NCBI RefSeq assembly: GCF_963676685.1
Contig: NC_092347.1
Span: 85,994,001 to 86,058,000, forward strand
DNA length: 64,000 nt
Reading direction: 5' to 3'
Source of the DNA: Mytilus edulis
Lineage: Eukaryota
The notes under the pieces were generated by a model. That model was not told where the DNA came from and did no database searches. It saw nothing but the letters and a program-made list of their open reading frames with translations. A program made the translations under genes and the position numbers. Shown piece by piece: positions 36,501 to 50,100 of this stretch (the stretch's first letter is position 1; each line of letters starts with the position of its first letter).

Positions 36501-39500
36501 TTACACAAAAGTTGTGCCAAATATGTCTAAGGTAATCTATTCCTGGGATAAGAAAATCCTGTTTTTCGAAAAAAAAATCAAAGTTTTGTAATAGGAAATT
36601 TATAAAAATGACCATATCTGATATTCGTGTCAACACCGAAGTGCTGACTACTGGGCTGGTGATATTGTTTTACTCCATATAACGGAGGTGTGCCTATATT
36701 GGCAGAAATTCATTGGATACAGATACAGATACCCTCGTTGAGGAATCTTTGTTGATTTATACCATTTAATGTTAACATGATGAATCAAAATTATCAAATA
36801 TTTACAGGAAGGAAGATGTTAGAGCCACAGAAAAAGATAAGGTAAAATATTAGCACAGATCTTGAATTTTATCAACTTTTATGATTTAAGAAAATTTTGG
36901 CAAATATCAACATGACAGAACCTTACAACAAAAGTTCTTAAAAATAAAAAATTATATCAGAATAACCTACACAAATGAAATGCTACCATTTTGCTAAATT
37001 AATATATTTCTCTAAATATTGAAGCCAAACAAACAAAGTCTTTCTAGACTTGAAAAGAAAGACCACAAGCATATAATTAAAGGGGAGAAATAAGAATACT
37101 TTTCTTTAAATTTTATGGATTTTATGATTTTGACAGGTATTGCATAGCTTTAAACACAGAGCTTAAATGATACATAGAACAAGCTTTGCTATAGTGTCAT
37201 TATCAGTAGGCCAATCATTGATGTGACCTATCACCTAAATCATTGAAGTACTGTTAATGATTTAATAATGTTGCCTAGACAGAATAGTTGTAGTCATGCC
37301 TCATGACAATTTAACAACAAAGTGTACTTCCTATAAACATTAACTCACTAGGCAATGCAAAAATGTACAAGAGACAACATCAGGGGCAAAGCAAAATCTG
37401 TCGTTAGTCTCGCATATATTGAAGTAACAATCAAACTGTCTGTTTGTATATACCTATGGCATTACATTGTTGTCTTACACTGTACATAAAGACATCTTGG
37501 TTTTTGACAATCTCATCTCACAAAATGTTCATTCCTTATGTCACGTTAAACTTTTAGTTCTCATTTATCACATCTATCAAAGAAGGGGTTTCTTTTAATA
37601 CATTGTGCATTATTGTTTATTCTAATATGACGTGCTTCTTTCGCTTTGTAAACAACACCGTGATAAAATTCTCGATATATCTATACTTAGCGCAGACTCC
37701 AAGATGTACACAAATGGCTGTTTAAATATGCCTCCCACGTAAATCCACATGTATCGTAACCTATGTGTAAACGGTTGTGGATTTCGCTGTGTTAACAATT
37801 ACAATTGAATAAAACCCTACAGAACATTTATTCTGATTCTGATGCATAACAAAAAGAATTTACACATTAGAGAACGGAAAAATGGACAAAAACAAAACAA
37901 ATTAAAATTCCGCGAAATTCCAGTAATGATTTTTGCGCATGAACGTCATCTCAAAACATGACGTCATACGAATGAAAACGTCAAAGCTGAAGGTTTTTCT
38001 ATTGCGTTTACCTTCTAAACTCGGATAAAATTGCATTAAAATAAAGTATTGAGGTAGGTGTTGTTAGTTTTCTGTTCTATTGCAATATTCGCACATTTAC
38101 TGATTTCAGCAAGTCAACATGGCGGCTCCTTGGTTACAACATGTCAACAGTGAATTTGACGGTAACTTACGATAAAAAATGCAAATCTAAAATTGCAAAT
38201 GTTGGGTTTACTGAGAAGTAAAAAAAGTAATCACATTTTTTCTAGCGGTTAGTTAAGAAATCATTCATGCAGGTTTATTAGATTTGTTTTACATTTATCG
38301 AACAGTGGGTAAAATAGATCAGCCACACACACGGTATACCCATCATCGCTTCAGTTTTTTAATGATCGTATTTGTCCTATTAGAATCGAAATAATTCATG
38401 GAAGCCATAGATTTGTTGTAAATTTACACATGGCCTGGGCCGTGATATTCGTTAATTTTATCCCTCGCTAACGCTCAGGATAAAATTCGAATATCACGGC
38501 CCAGGCCATGTGTAAATTTCCAACAAATCTATGGCTTCCATGAATTATTTCTTAATTTAATGGCACTTATTCCTTAAAATGAATAAAAGTAGACATGGAT
38601 TATACATCGAAGAGATGATAAAACAACAGCAGAACAGCAAACAGATTTAACATGAACTTTGTGTGTGATGTGTCATTTTGCTAATTAAAGATTTGTAATT
38701 ACAGGTTGAGATGTATAAGTCATTCAGACCAGGCGATATAATTGTTGCAAGAGTTGTATCCTTTTTAAAAAAAAGTGTCTTACTATAAAATGCATGAGAG
38801 TATGCAGCACCACATTCTTCTATTTGCATATAAGTTAAGTGACACTCATTTTTGTCAACCCTTCGACTTTAGTCGATAAAGCGAGACTAAGCGATCCTAC
38901 ATTCTGTCGGCGGCGGCGGTCACAAATATTCACTCTGTGGTTAAAGTTTTTGAAATTTGAATAACTTTCTCAAACGATCCTGGATTTCTACCAAATTTGG
39001 ACAGAAGCTTGTTTATGATCAAAAGATAGTATCCAGAAGTAAATTTTGTAAAAATAAAATTCCATTTTTTCTGTATTTTACTTATAAATAGACTTAGTTT
39101 TTCTGCCGGGAAATATTACATTCACTCTGTGGTTAAAGTTTTTAAAATTTAAATAACTTTCTTAAACTATCCTGGGTTGGTACCAAACTTGGACAGAAGA
39201 TTGTTTATGATCATAAGATAGTATCCAGAAGTAAATTTTGTAAAAAAAAAATCCATTTTTTTGTATTTTACTTTTAAATGGACTTAGATTTTCTGCCAGG
39301 AAACAATACATTCACTCTGTGGTTAAACTTTTTAAATTTTAATAACTTTATTATACTATTTTGGATTTGTACCAAACTTGGACAGAAGCTTGTTTATGAT
39401 CAAAAGCTAGTATCTAGAAGGAATTTTTTTCTTAAATAAATCCATTTTTTTGTATTTTACTTTTAAAGTGACTTAGATTTGCTGCGAAACAACACATTCA

Positions 39501-41228
39501 CTCTGTGGTTTAACTTTTTAAAATTTTAATGCCTTTCTTATACTATTTTGAATTTGTACCAAACTTGGAAAGAAGCTTGTTTATGATCAAAAGCTAGTAT
39601 CTAGAAGGACATTTTGTTTTCTTCTAGTTAACATTACATTCAGTGTGCAGTTAAATTTTTTAAACATTTATTACATAAACTATCCTGGATTTTTACCAAA
39701 CTTGGACAGAAGCTTCTTACAATCAAAAGATAGTATCAACAGGAATATTTTATTGATTTGTTTCGTCATTTTTGTTGAGCTTGCGATAAACAGAAAGAGT
39801 AGGCGAGACTGTGGGTTCCACGGAACCCTTACAAATTTTTTTTCTCAATGTACATAGAATATGAAAAATGAGCCATTCTCATTAGTATTGATTTTATTTT
39901 AACATGTTATTTTGAGTGCATGGGTTGTGGTACCTCATTCAAATTGTAGCATGCAGTCTTCCTAAGACTTTGAGTTTTTTTCAAGTACTACCAAAGGACA
40001 TATTTGTTTTAGAAAAAAAAAGTTTTAATACAGGGAATGTAGTCAAGCTAGATTTCTTAGAACTCAGCTCAGCCCTCCTCTTTGATTTAGATCCCTACAA
40101 AGCAAAAGATACACAGAGAAACATACAAATAATATCATTAAACTGTTAGTTTACCTTTTCTTTAACTTTTCTCAGTTATCTCTAGGTGATGCACATTCTT
40201 ATTTATTAACTACAGCAGAAAATGAATTAGGTGTTGTCATGGCTACAAGTGAAGCAGGTAAACCTTTTTCCTAGATATATCTAGTTGTAGCTATTTACGA
40301 TCAGATTTTCACATTTGTTTTTATCAAAACAATTTTAAGTCGAATTACATACATGTTTTAGCAATTAAAACCAATAATTCAAACTATTGTCCATCTGTTG
40401 AATCGTTGATCACATTTATTGTATGTGTATTTGAAATTTTTTCTATGAAACATATGATCATGTGATATTCATATGATACTGCATATCGGAAAATATGTGT
40501 TCTTCTACTTTCTCTTTTTTACAGCGTACAGTTTACTGTGAAAAGTATCCTACACAATATTTTATCCATTCATTTACTTTAATCCATTGAACAATGCCAT
40601 AAGAGTCTAAAAATAAATACATACCACATGTACTTTTATTTATACAGCAAAGATTAAACTGCCTCATGTAAAGACCAAAACCATGAACAAAATCAATAAA
40701 CGGTATTCAATTTGATGCAATAAATTAGTCAGTTATCGTTTAGTATATAAAAATAAGGAGATATTGTATGATGCTCATGAAAAAACTATCAATAAACAAT
40801 AGGAATAGTGGACAAAGATGTTAATAGTTACAGGTGACTGTATGGCCTTCAACATTGAGATTAACCATTAACAATAAAGTAAGCTAATAAAGGCCTCACT
40901 ACATTCAAATGTAAAACAATTTAAGAGAAAAAATAACAGCCTGATTTTTACATGTACTACAACAATTAATAAAAAACAATATATAGTTAACAGAAAGAAA
41001 AGAAAACTGTTGGATAACAGGTTCCTGTTTTAGGACAGACAACTAATTATTTAGAGGGCATATTTCAGTGGGCAGGTTTGATTGAATTTTTAACATTAAT
41101 TTTACATTTCAGGTGCTAATATGGATCCAATCAGTTGGTGCGAAATGAAATGTCCAAAAACATTAGCAATAGAACACAGAAAAGTAGCAAAAGTACAGCC
41201 AAAATATATACAATATACTGATACGTAA
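30513..41228 (+). CDS. EXOSC1: Exosome complex component CSL4, 8 exons, ~197 aa: 30513-30540, 33696-33817, 35378-35449, 35919-36007, 36808-36841, 38705-38755, 40176-40257, 41113-41228
   Basis: MSAPRICVPGQRIC..GNGTYQRNGFIYSSIAG..FRGQIRKEDVRATEKDKVEMYKSFRPGDIIVARVLSLGDAHSYLLTTAENELGVVMA..PISWCEMKCPKT..EHRKVAKVQP. Phases are consistent (594 nt). Confidence 0.95.
31096..31728. mobile_element. Nested MITE with subterminal GTTCGCACCC repeats and 8-bp TSD
   Basis: GG..GGTCCGTTCGCGCCCA / TGGGCGCGAACGGACC..CC termini. CATCACTG flanks both sides. Confidence 0.85.
32077..32707 (+). mobile_element. HINE/DINE-like (Helentron-associated) element with an internal ~140-170 bp tandem array
   Basis: 5' TATACCCCCGC plus short inverted repeat, (GTCC)n microsatellite, tandem repeats, 3' GCGGGGTAT subterminal repeat and GTGAGC..GCTCGC hairpin. 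T-rich flanks. Confidence 0.75.
32784..32971 (-). mobile_element. 188-bp solo LTR with an internal tRNA-like Pol III cassette (Helenus-like TRIM LTR)
   Basis: TGT..ACA termini and 4-bp TSD GCAG. Minus strand 32892-32821 has A box TAGCCCAGTGG and B box GGTTCGAGTCC. Confidence 0.7.
34041..34921 (+). mobile_element. Internally deleted Ginger2/TDD-like transposon
   Basis: Imperfect TIRs with TGT..ACA ends and GACCATA repeats. Degraded Cys-rich transposase C-terminus (KGCK..CTSKTCKCK..LPCGSKCH..CKN) at ~34530-34645. Confidence 0.65.
35010..35170 (+). repeat. Dispersed repeat (GAAATGGGGAATGTGTCAAAG..GGCCACCAATGGGTCTTCAATG family)
   Basis: Second copy at ~56420-56630. Short fragments at ~61480-61525 and ~62485-62530 (-). 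Confidence 0.75.
38388..38551. repeat. Long foldback palindrome
   Basis: GAAATAATTCATGGAAGCCATAGATTTGTTG..GGCCGTGATATTCG inverted around CTCGCTAACGCTC. Confidence 0.85.
38756..40175 (+). other. U12-type (minor spliceosome) GT-AG intron of EXOSC1
   Basis: 5' splice site GTATCCTTTT. Branch-like TTTTCTTTAAC with the A 10 nt upstream of the intron end. Confidence 0.85.
38851..39838 (+). mobile_element. HINE-like element with ~190-bp tandem units, inside the U12 intron
   Basis: Head with TTCGACT..AGTCGA hairpin and (GGC)n. TTCACTCTGTGGTTAA recurs at ~38930, 39121, 39311 and 39497. 3' hairpin GGGTTCC..GGAACCC. Confidence 0.75.
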
Positions 41229-43274
41229 ATAAAAATTGAGAATTAAAACTGCATTACTGTTTATTTTGCCTGTAACGTTGAGAGGTCAAAATCCAAAAGA
41301 AAAATTGAAATGAAAATATAGGATACATTAATAGGAAAAGGCAGTCTGTCTTAAAAAAAAATCAAAAATTTCTTGATTACTCAAATTACTGATGTACGTA
41401 AACCAATCCATGGTGAAACATCAAAGGTCATTATAAATAAATTAAAATGTAGGAGTATAACTGTTTAATGCAATGAGACACAAATCCAACAACACAAGGT
41501 AATAACAAAAATATGTTGTACATTTAAAGGTCAGGTTTACCATAAGGCATTCAACAATGAGCAAAATAAATAAACAAAGGTAATATAAGTAATCTTTAGA
41601 AAGTGCTCATAACTTGTGAAATCCTCGTTTAACAAATATGAACACAGTTAAAATATTGATATTATGCCCCTTAAATACATTTTGGTAAAATAACAATGCG
41701 AGATACACACAAGCACTTACATAAGTAATAAATAAAAGTCTTAAAAGTGAAGTATATGTCAGAGAGCTATCAACAATATAGATTAAGAAAAGATTGCTAA
41801 AGTTCTTACCTTGGTCACAGCTTCAATTTGTATTATAACAATTGCTTGATACATGTCATATTTCACTTTGTTCATGTACCTTCAATCAATGTATACTACC
41901 TGTTTTGATATCAATTATTATCCAAGATGTTTCATTACTTTGCCCCTAGACAAATTTAAGGTGAAAGTCACATCTGACAAGTATTGAAAGAGTGTTCAGA
42001 TTATATTTCATTCTAGATCTTCTAGCACTTCTAACAATTATTCCTCATTACCTTCACCTATTGTTTATTGTTGACAATCATATGTTAACACTTGTATGTT
42101 TTGATTCTTTTGTGACTTTGTGTTGGTTGTTTTCTGTCTAATTTATAAAAACCTACATCATCCCATTAGGCATAAACGCCTAGAAGAATTAAAGTTACAG
42201 TACCTCAATTATTCCTTCAGAAATGTAATTTAATGATAATTGTTGTTGTAATATTACATATGATTGTTATCTTATAGAAAAAAAATTGGATATAGGTTAT
42301 CTATCTATGACACGAAATCAGTACATCCAAAACAACAACAAAAAAAGCTCACAAAAAGCAAAGGAACAGCGCTTTTATTGTTTATCTGCCTCTAAAACTT
42401 ATTTGTGAGGCTAATACTTACTAGTTAGGTGATGAGATAAAATGACAATGATAAACATGCATCCATATCACAAAAGATGTCCTACAATTGTACCAACAAA
42501 GTTATTTGGTTGTGGTTACTTGTCTTTTTGGTACAAGGAATGCATAGTACAGTAATATGTATGTTTGTTTATTTGTCTGTGTTCAAACTTACAATGCATA
42601 ATTTATATGACAACCATATATTCAATAAATGTATAAAATATAATTCTGTAAACACCTAAAAAGTGTACAAAACATCACCAATAATAAAAAAAAGAAATAT
42701 GAAATGTAATTATCTATAAATATTTTGCGATAACATATATCCTTCATTAATATGATTATAATGTTAAATGAATCATTTCAATCTATTTTGATTTGACTTT
42801 AAAAATCTTGAAGTTTATACAATTAAAACAATTAAAACCGAACATAAAAATGCTATAAAGGGGAAAGATGACACATAATATAGATTCTACCACTGCATCA
42901 AGTGTAAGCCGAGAGAGGTTAAAAATTATATTGTATGAGATTTGGTGGTGGAATCTGTTTCTCTAATGTTTTTAAGGCAATATAAGGACAAACTTAACCT
43001 AATGTTTTTAAGCCAATATAAGGACAAACGTAACCTTTCTTTTCGAATGATCTGCAAACAGATATATTCTTTCTATGTGACGTCATCAGGCATGATCTCC
43101 TTCTTTCATGACGTCACAATGGGAATTTCAGAGGAGAGCAAGAAAATTTTTGAGGTCATAATCAAATTTTGACCAATGAAGAACTGACATCAAACATAGC
43201 ACATGATGATTAAATAAAAATAATCAACAGGTGAGGATAAGGATAAATCAAGTAAGTATTAGAGAAATATAAAT

Positions 43275-43430
43275 TCCACAACTGCAATGAGTATGTTACG
43301 ATATTTCTCCACTCGAGACAGTTAAATTTTAATATTGAAAGTGCGAAGCTTGCTGAGCTTTTAAAATTATTAAAATTTAACTGTTGAGAGTGGAGAAATA
43401 TCGTAACACACGAGATACAGTGGTGGAATC
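43275..43430. repeat. Imperfect foldback palindrome
   Basis: TGTTACGATATTTCTCCACTC..ACAGTTAAATTTTAAT inverted around GCGAAGCTTGC. Confidence 0.7.
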
Positions 43431-44104
43431 TGTTTCTCTAATGATTTTTGTTCTTCCTTTTCAAAGATCTGAAGAAAGTTGTGTACTATTTATGTGATGT
43501 AATCACTCATCAGACATTGTCGCTAATTTTGATGACATCACACTAGGAAAATTTAGAAGAAACCATGAAAATTTAACATCACAATTAAATTTTGACCAAT
43601 CATTTGCCAATAACAGATTTTTCACTAGTGAGGAGAGATATTTTTCTCACACTGCTCAAGGATTTGTATACAAATCCTTGCACTGATCAAGAAATGTGAA
43701 AATAGCACAAAAATAATCAAAGGGTCAGGAACACAACAGGAACAGAATAAATCAGTTCAGAATAAGAGAAACATGAAAGAACAATTCAATTGAAATTAAG
43801 GATGGAACAATTTGAATAAGGAACAGTTCCTTTATTTTTGTTTTTCATATTGAGAGTATTTTTCTTGATCTGTTAGATGCTTTTATTTTCCTTTTTTATT
43901 AGAAATTGTTTGAATCAAAATATATCAATTCTTTTCAAAATTAACAGTGAAAAAAATGGTTGTTGAAGTGGATAAAAAAAAACCAGAGACAAGTGTCCGT
44001 TGTTGTCCACTTATCTTATTTTTTTCTAAATTGTTACTTAGTAGTTTTTTTTAAATATTCCATGAGTGAACAATCTCTTTGAGAACATTTTTAATTTGCA
44101 TAAC

Positions 44105-44126
44105 CACTTCCGGTCAGATCATGTGA
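44105..44126 (+). promoter_or_regulatory. ETS site and M-box/CLEAR-like site upstream of GALC
   Basis: CACTTCCGGT (44105-44114) and TCATGTGA (44119-44126) lie 20-40 bp upstream of the ATG. Confidence 0.45.
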
Positions 44127-44145
44127 TTTACAGTGTTTGTTGACA

Positions 44146-47100
44146 ATGTTTCTGACACCGGTTGCTTGTTGTATTTTATGTTACCTTTGCACAAATAGTT
44201 ATGCTGAAGAAGTGACATACCCTGTTGACGACACTTCTGGATTAGGAAGACGATTTGATGGCATAGGAGGCCTCAGTGGAGGAGGAGTACATTATAATTT
44301 ATACCTTTTACTTTGAAATAAATCTGCTGATCTGCTGAATTTTGATCTTTTTGATTGTCTTTTGATTGTTTTATAATAATAGCAATACTCAATAGTAGCA
44401 TTATTCACATTAATAAAAACCTTGCAATAATTTTTAGATTTAAAGTATATTGTACGTAATGTATCTACGAAACTAAAGCTCTTATGTCCTTTCTTTACTA
44501 TTTGTGGACCATAGAGCTATGGAAATCTATTTCAAAATATTATTTGATAATAGTGTTAAGGAAATGACTATTCAAACATGATTAGGTATGTCATATCCTA
44601 GAAAAATGTCTAACAAAATGAATTATATATATTGACAAGTTATGCATGGACTTTAACAATATTCTTTTTGGAAATAAGTGTGAACTAAACATGGGTCGCA
44701 ATTCCAATTGTTTTTCAAAGATGGTCAGCAAAAAGTCAAAAAATAACATAAGGACCTTAGAGTTACGGTTCTACAGCTATACCTAATGGTACTAAATAAC
44801 TGTAACAACAATTGAGCCTTATAAAAGAGTGAATAATCAGTTGTAATTAAATTACCTTTTCTATAACAAACTCACAAACACTTGTCTCAAAAAAGAATTA
44901 CCTATAGTATACATTTTTATATATAAAGATAGGACAAGTGCCTGTGCTCCATCTGTGTATTTGTGTTGACTTACTAGTGCTAAGCCTTAAAGTTTCAGTA
45001 ATTATTTTAAAATGCCCCAAAGAGATTAACTTACCCGATACATTAAAAAGTTAAATGGTAAATATTACGGAATGTGGAAGACACGATAAGAATAAGCTGT
45101 TAAAAAAATGTGTAAAATAATTGTCGATTTTATGTTTTAGGCAACATCAGTGCTGTTACAAAACTACCCAGAACAGCAGAGGAATGAAATCTTGGATTAT
45201 TTATTTAAAGTAAGGTGCCAAATTACAACACTATAGCAACAAATAGAAACAAGAAAATGATCAAATCAAGTTTAAAACTATTGTCATTTAAAAGAAAATA
45301 AGACTTTATAAGTAAAAAATTGTTTTGGATTTTTTACATTTTTTGTGTACTCCATTGTAAAGAATAATTAAAACTCAAGGATAACTTGTGTTCTCTTCCT
45401 GATATTTCATTTAGCATCCTAGTAATCATGGTAAATGGGAAATTTTAAAATACCATCTTATTTCTAAAAATTATAGCATCACATGTACACTGTATATATA
45501 TCCATAACATTATCTTTAAGTCAAAACCAATAGACCACTTTCGAGTTCATCCGTCACCGGAAAAAACTCGTCAATTATACGCGCCTTTATCATCGTCATT
45601 TGTGCGTTTGGGGGCGTCGTCACTTCCTTCCAATGTTGAGCGAGTGGTTGGAAAACTATAATTCTATATTGTACGAATTATTCGGCAAATTGAATTCTCA
45701 AAATTGACAATCAACACTGCTGTCATTAGGGAAATGTCAGTAAGTACCTACAGAGCAACCATTATTTCTAGTTTATCCTGCACAAAGACGATCACTAAGA
45801 CGCTTGATGAACGTAAATAGTGCAGGGATACAGGCGAGCCCCTCTATCTGGTAAATGACGTCATAAAGGCGTGTATAATTGACGAGTTTTTGCCGGTGAC
45901 GGATGAACTCGAAAGTGGTCTATTCAGATAGCATCAAAGTTCACATTCAAGAAATATAGCATAACATAAAATGTACGGTCCGTGATCCTAAAAGGCCACG
46001 GAAAGATCACTGGCTCAGCTATCCATTGAATGAAAATATCAGCCCCATATATTGCAATTAACATGTTCTCATTTTGAATATGTACATGTATTGAAGTTGA
46101 TTTATTGGAGTTTCAAAGATAATTCTTTTATACTGCCAAAGATTTTTTGTGTTTATTTGATCATGGGTTCTGGAACATCAGATGGATTTTTTTATTATTT
46201 TTGAACATCAAAGGAAATACGTGTTTGGTGAACAAATTTCTATATACATGATAAATATTCATCAATTATGTACATGTTCTTCAGACTCATTTAAACATAA
46301 TATAAAAGTTAACGATCCACTGAAAAATAAATTTGTTGAATGAAATTTAAATTCTTTCATTTGACATGTTTTATATTTGATGTTTACATTATTTTTAGGT
46401 CTCAGTAAATTTCAAACTATTATGTGTACCCTCATGAAAAAGAATGTCTGAATTTTTGCTGAGTTTTGCTGAATAGGTTCTGGACCCTAGCTGAATGCAT
46501 GCTGAACCAAATTTTGGGATCTGAAAACGTGCTGAAGCACTTTTTCCAAATTCTGAACAAATACTGAAAACTTACTGGAATGTTCAGATTTGTTGAAAAA
46601 GTGCTGTAACATTTTCTGAAAAGTTCAGACTGTGCTGAAAAATTCAGACATCGCTGAACTGAAGCTGAAAATAATCTGAATTGTTCAGTTATTGCTGAAC
46701 TCCTCAGACAAACATCTGAAACTATGCTGAAATTTTTTTGATATCTTTGAACAGTGCTGAATTTTTCAGAACAGCCCTGAAAACTTTCTGAACAGATTTT
46801 CAAGATCCTGAAATGTTCAGAAACAATACTGAAATCATTCTGAACAGAATAAATACTTGCTTAATTATTCAGAGAGACATCTGAAAATGTGTTGAACTAT
46901 TCAGACAGTGTTGAATTGTTCAAAACAGCTAAAAAAAAAGCTTTCTTAAATGATAGAAAGCTGAACTGTTCAGAACAGCTCTAAGAGCTTGTATGAACAG
47001 ATTTGCCAGATGCTGAACTGTTCAGACAGAATACTGAAAATCTTCTGAAAATAATACAAACAAGAATGTGTCCACAGTACACAGATGCCCCACTCACACT

Positions 47101-50100
47101 ATCATATTCTATATTTAGTGGACCTTGAAATTGAGGTAAAACTCTAATTTGGCATTAGAATTAGATAGATCATATCATTAGGAACATGTATACTAAGTTT
47201 CAAGTTGCTTGGACTTCAAGTCTTCATAAAAAACTACCTTGAACAAAAACTTTAACCTAAAGCGGGACAGACAGATGAATGGACGGACAAACAGACAGAC
47301 GAACAGACCCACAGACCAGAAAACATAATGCCACCGGCCTCTACTATCGTAGGTGGGGCATAAAAAATATTTTTCAAACTTTTATATCAGACCAGAGCAG
47401 AATACATGTACACCAAAGACCACCAAACTGAAGTTGTTTTTTTAATTACATGAGTTGATCTGCAGTCAATTGGCGTTTACAACGTAAACAATTAATTTTT
47501 AGAGCAGAGTAATTAATATAACATAAGCATTGTGACATATGATTTTTAAGGGAAAGTTTAAGAATTTGGGTTGTATCTTTTTGAGATATTAGCCAATCAG
47601 TAAAATCAAAATATATTCGAAGTGAAAATAGTTTATATAAACAAATAAAAAAATCTCAAAATCATTAACTACATATACCAAAAAAAAAGGGGGGGTTGTC
47701 ATTTAAGATTCTCCCACTCAGGGGCACCCAAATGTAATCATGTCCACAGGTACCTGTGAAATCTACGATAAACAATAATAAGCTGGCTTTCTATTTAAAG
47801 TCATGAGTACACTATTAATAATGTTATGATTGATAATCACATTAAAAACTGAAGATCTTATATCAATTACAATTTATAACAAGTTTGTTTTTTCTACAAT
47901 AAATTTCCTTTCTTTAAAAGTCCTGATTCCCCAACTTGCAAAACATAATCTGTTAATTTTGGGGGCGAATTAACCAGGTCCGATTTGACTTGGTGCCGAA
48001 CTGTATATAACGGTGCCGATTTGACAAGGTGCCGGAATGTCTAGAATTCATTTATATGAAGACTTGAGAGGCATACTAAAATTATACCAGCAAGTACCTA
48101 TGTTATATTAAAATATTGACACCGGAGGTCTTGCCAGGTGTCAATGTGTCTTGGTGTCGAAGTATTTATAAAAATTCAAAATTTGAAAAGGGAACTTACG
48201 TTGAAATTATTTGCGATTTTTTCGATAGCCTATCCGTTTTTGCTGGTGCACTGCCAGTGTTAATTTTATCTGTAGAAGAAGTTTTCTGAATCTCTCTCCA
48301 AGTTCTTAAATATGCCTTACTTAATTGTATTTCGGCATAAAAAAAAGAACTAAGAAAAATATCAGATTAGTCAATCGTTGTGTTGTAAATACAGTGTTAT
48401 TTACAAGCACTGATAGTACAGTCAATTATATAGGGAGTTAAAACGTTTTCATGATCTGAGCTGGTCCCCTGCTGGCTACTACACTATGTTCGTAGAGAGT
48501 AGATACCAGTTTAATAAGTGAAACCTTTCTGAACCGGAAACACATAATAAATTACGTCAACAAAAAACTATTTAGGCGCCCTAAATACGATTTGTGAAAT
48601 GATGGCTATATTTATCAGATAAGTATATTACAGTTTGAACTGAAATGTTTATTGCTAATTTTAAATCATATTTAAAGATAAAAGTTTATTGAGACAATCT
48701 ATAAATACCATTTTTGAGAAAGTCAACACCAGAAAATAAATTAAAATGAAGAAAATCCTTGAAATTATGTATTGAACTTGTGCACATCATTATGCACTGA
48801 CCATTCAACTTACATGTATTTAGAGAAAATCAGAGGAGGAAGGGGAATGCCCTTGTTTTTTTGTAGGAACCAGCTGTTTTTTTACTTTAATGGGGAAAAA
48901 AGAAAAAGGGGGGGACATGCTTTTGCAAGTTTGGGTATGTGAGATACAGGGGTTGAATATGGAACAAAGGGAGGGGGAGAATGTGAGAGAATTCATGATT
49001 TTTTTTTTTACAAAATAACTGGATTTGGTAAATGAACCATATTTTGGGAACCAGCAGTTTTTTTTAATTTGAGGGACAAAAAGGGGGGGGGCATGCTTTT
49101 GCAAATTTTGGAATGTGAATTATAGGGCATTGTGGGGATTTGGAATTGAGTGAGGGGGAGGATGTCAGATGTGAGAGGAATAATGGAAAAAAAATACATA
49201 AAAAGCAGGATTTCGGAAATGAACCATATTGTGCCCCTAACCTGAACTTAGATATGACACATTGCTTTTCTTTATGAAAGTATCAATCAATGGCAGATAC
49301 AGGGTGCCAGGGTCCCACATATGGAGCTTCATATATATGATAATTGCATAGACTTTTTACAAGTATTCACACCAACAGGAGCGGATCCAGACATTTTAAA
49401 AAGTGGGGGTGCGGCAACTATATGTCCCAATTCAAATCGACAAATGCATTGATCATTAAAAAAAGGGGCGCCCTTTCCTCTAACAAAATCATGGATCTGC
49501 ACCTTTCAATACAGAAAACTCTAAGAAATTTTATACTTTTTTTCGCTTCCCTTCTAAAATTTTTTTTTTTTCATGATATTAAATCAATCAATTAAAAAAA
49601 TGGCATTATGAAAAAATCATAATTTATATTGAATTAGAAAATAAGTAAGACATTGGATTCTTTGTGGATTGTATTTTCTTGCAGGTGAAAGTCCTGCATC
49701 TTCCACAGAAACTTTTTGAAATTCAAGCAGAAATTGAACTGATCTAAGTTTGAAGCTCTGAAACTTCAATTTTGATTAATACAGAAAGAAAGAGAAGTTT
49801 ACATATATTATAATCTGATTTTTATACGACCGCAAATTTTGAAAAAATTTTCGTCGTATATTGCTATCACGTTGGCGTCGGCGTCGTCGTCGTCCGGCGT
49901 CCGAATACTTTTAGTTTTCGCACTCTAACTTTAGTAAAAGTGAATGGAAATCTATGAAATTTTAACACAAGGTTTATGACCACAAAAGGAAGGTTGGTAT
50001 TGATTTTGGGAGTTTTGGTCCCAACATTTTAGGAATTAGGGGCCAAAAAGGGCCCAAATAAGCATTTTCTTGGTTTTCGCACTATAACTTTAGTTTAAGT

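Noticed and set aside
46432-46803. 123-aa ORF
   Set aside because: A stop-poor frame of the CTGAA subterminal repeats.
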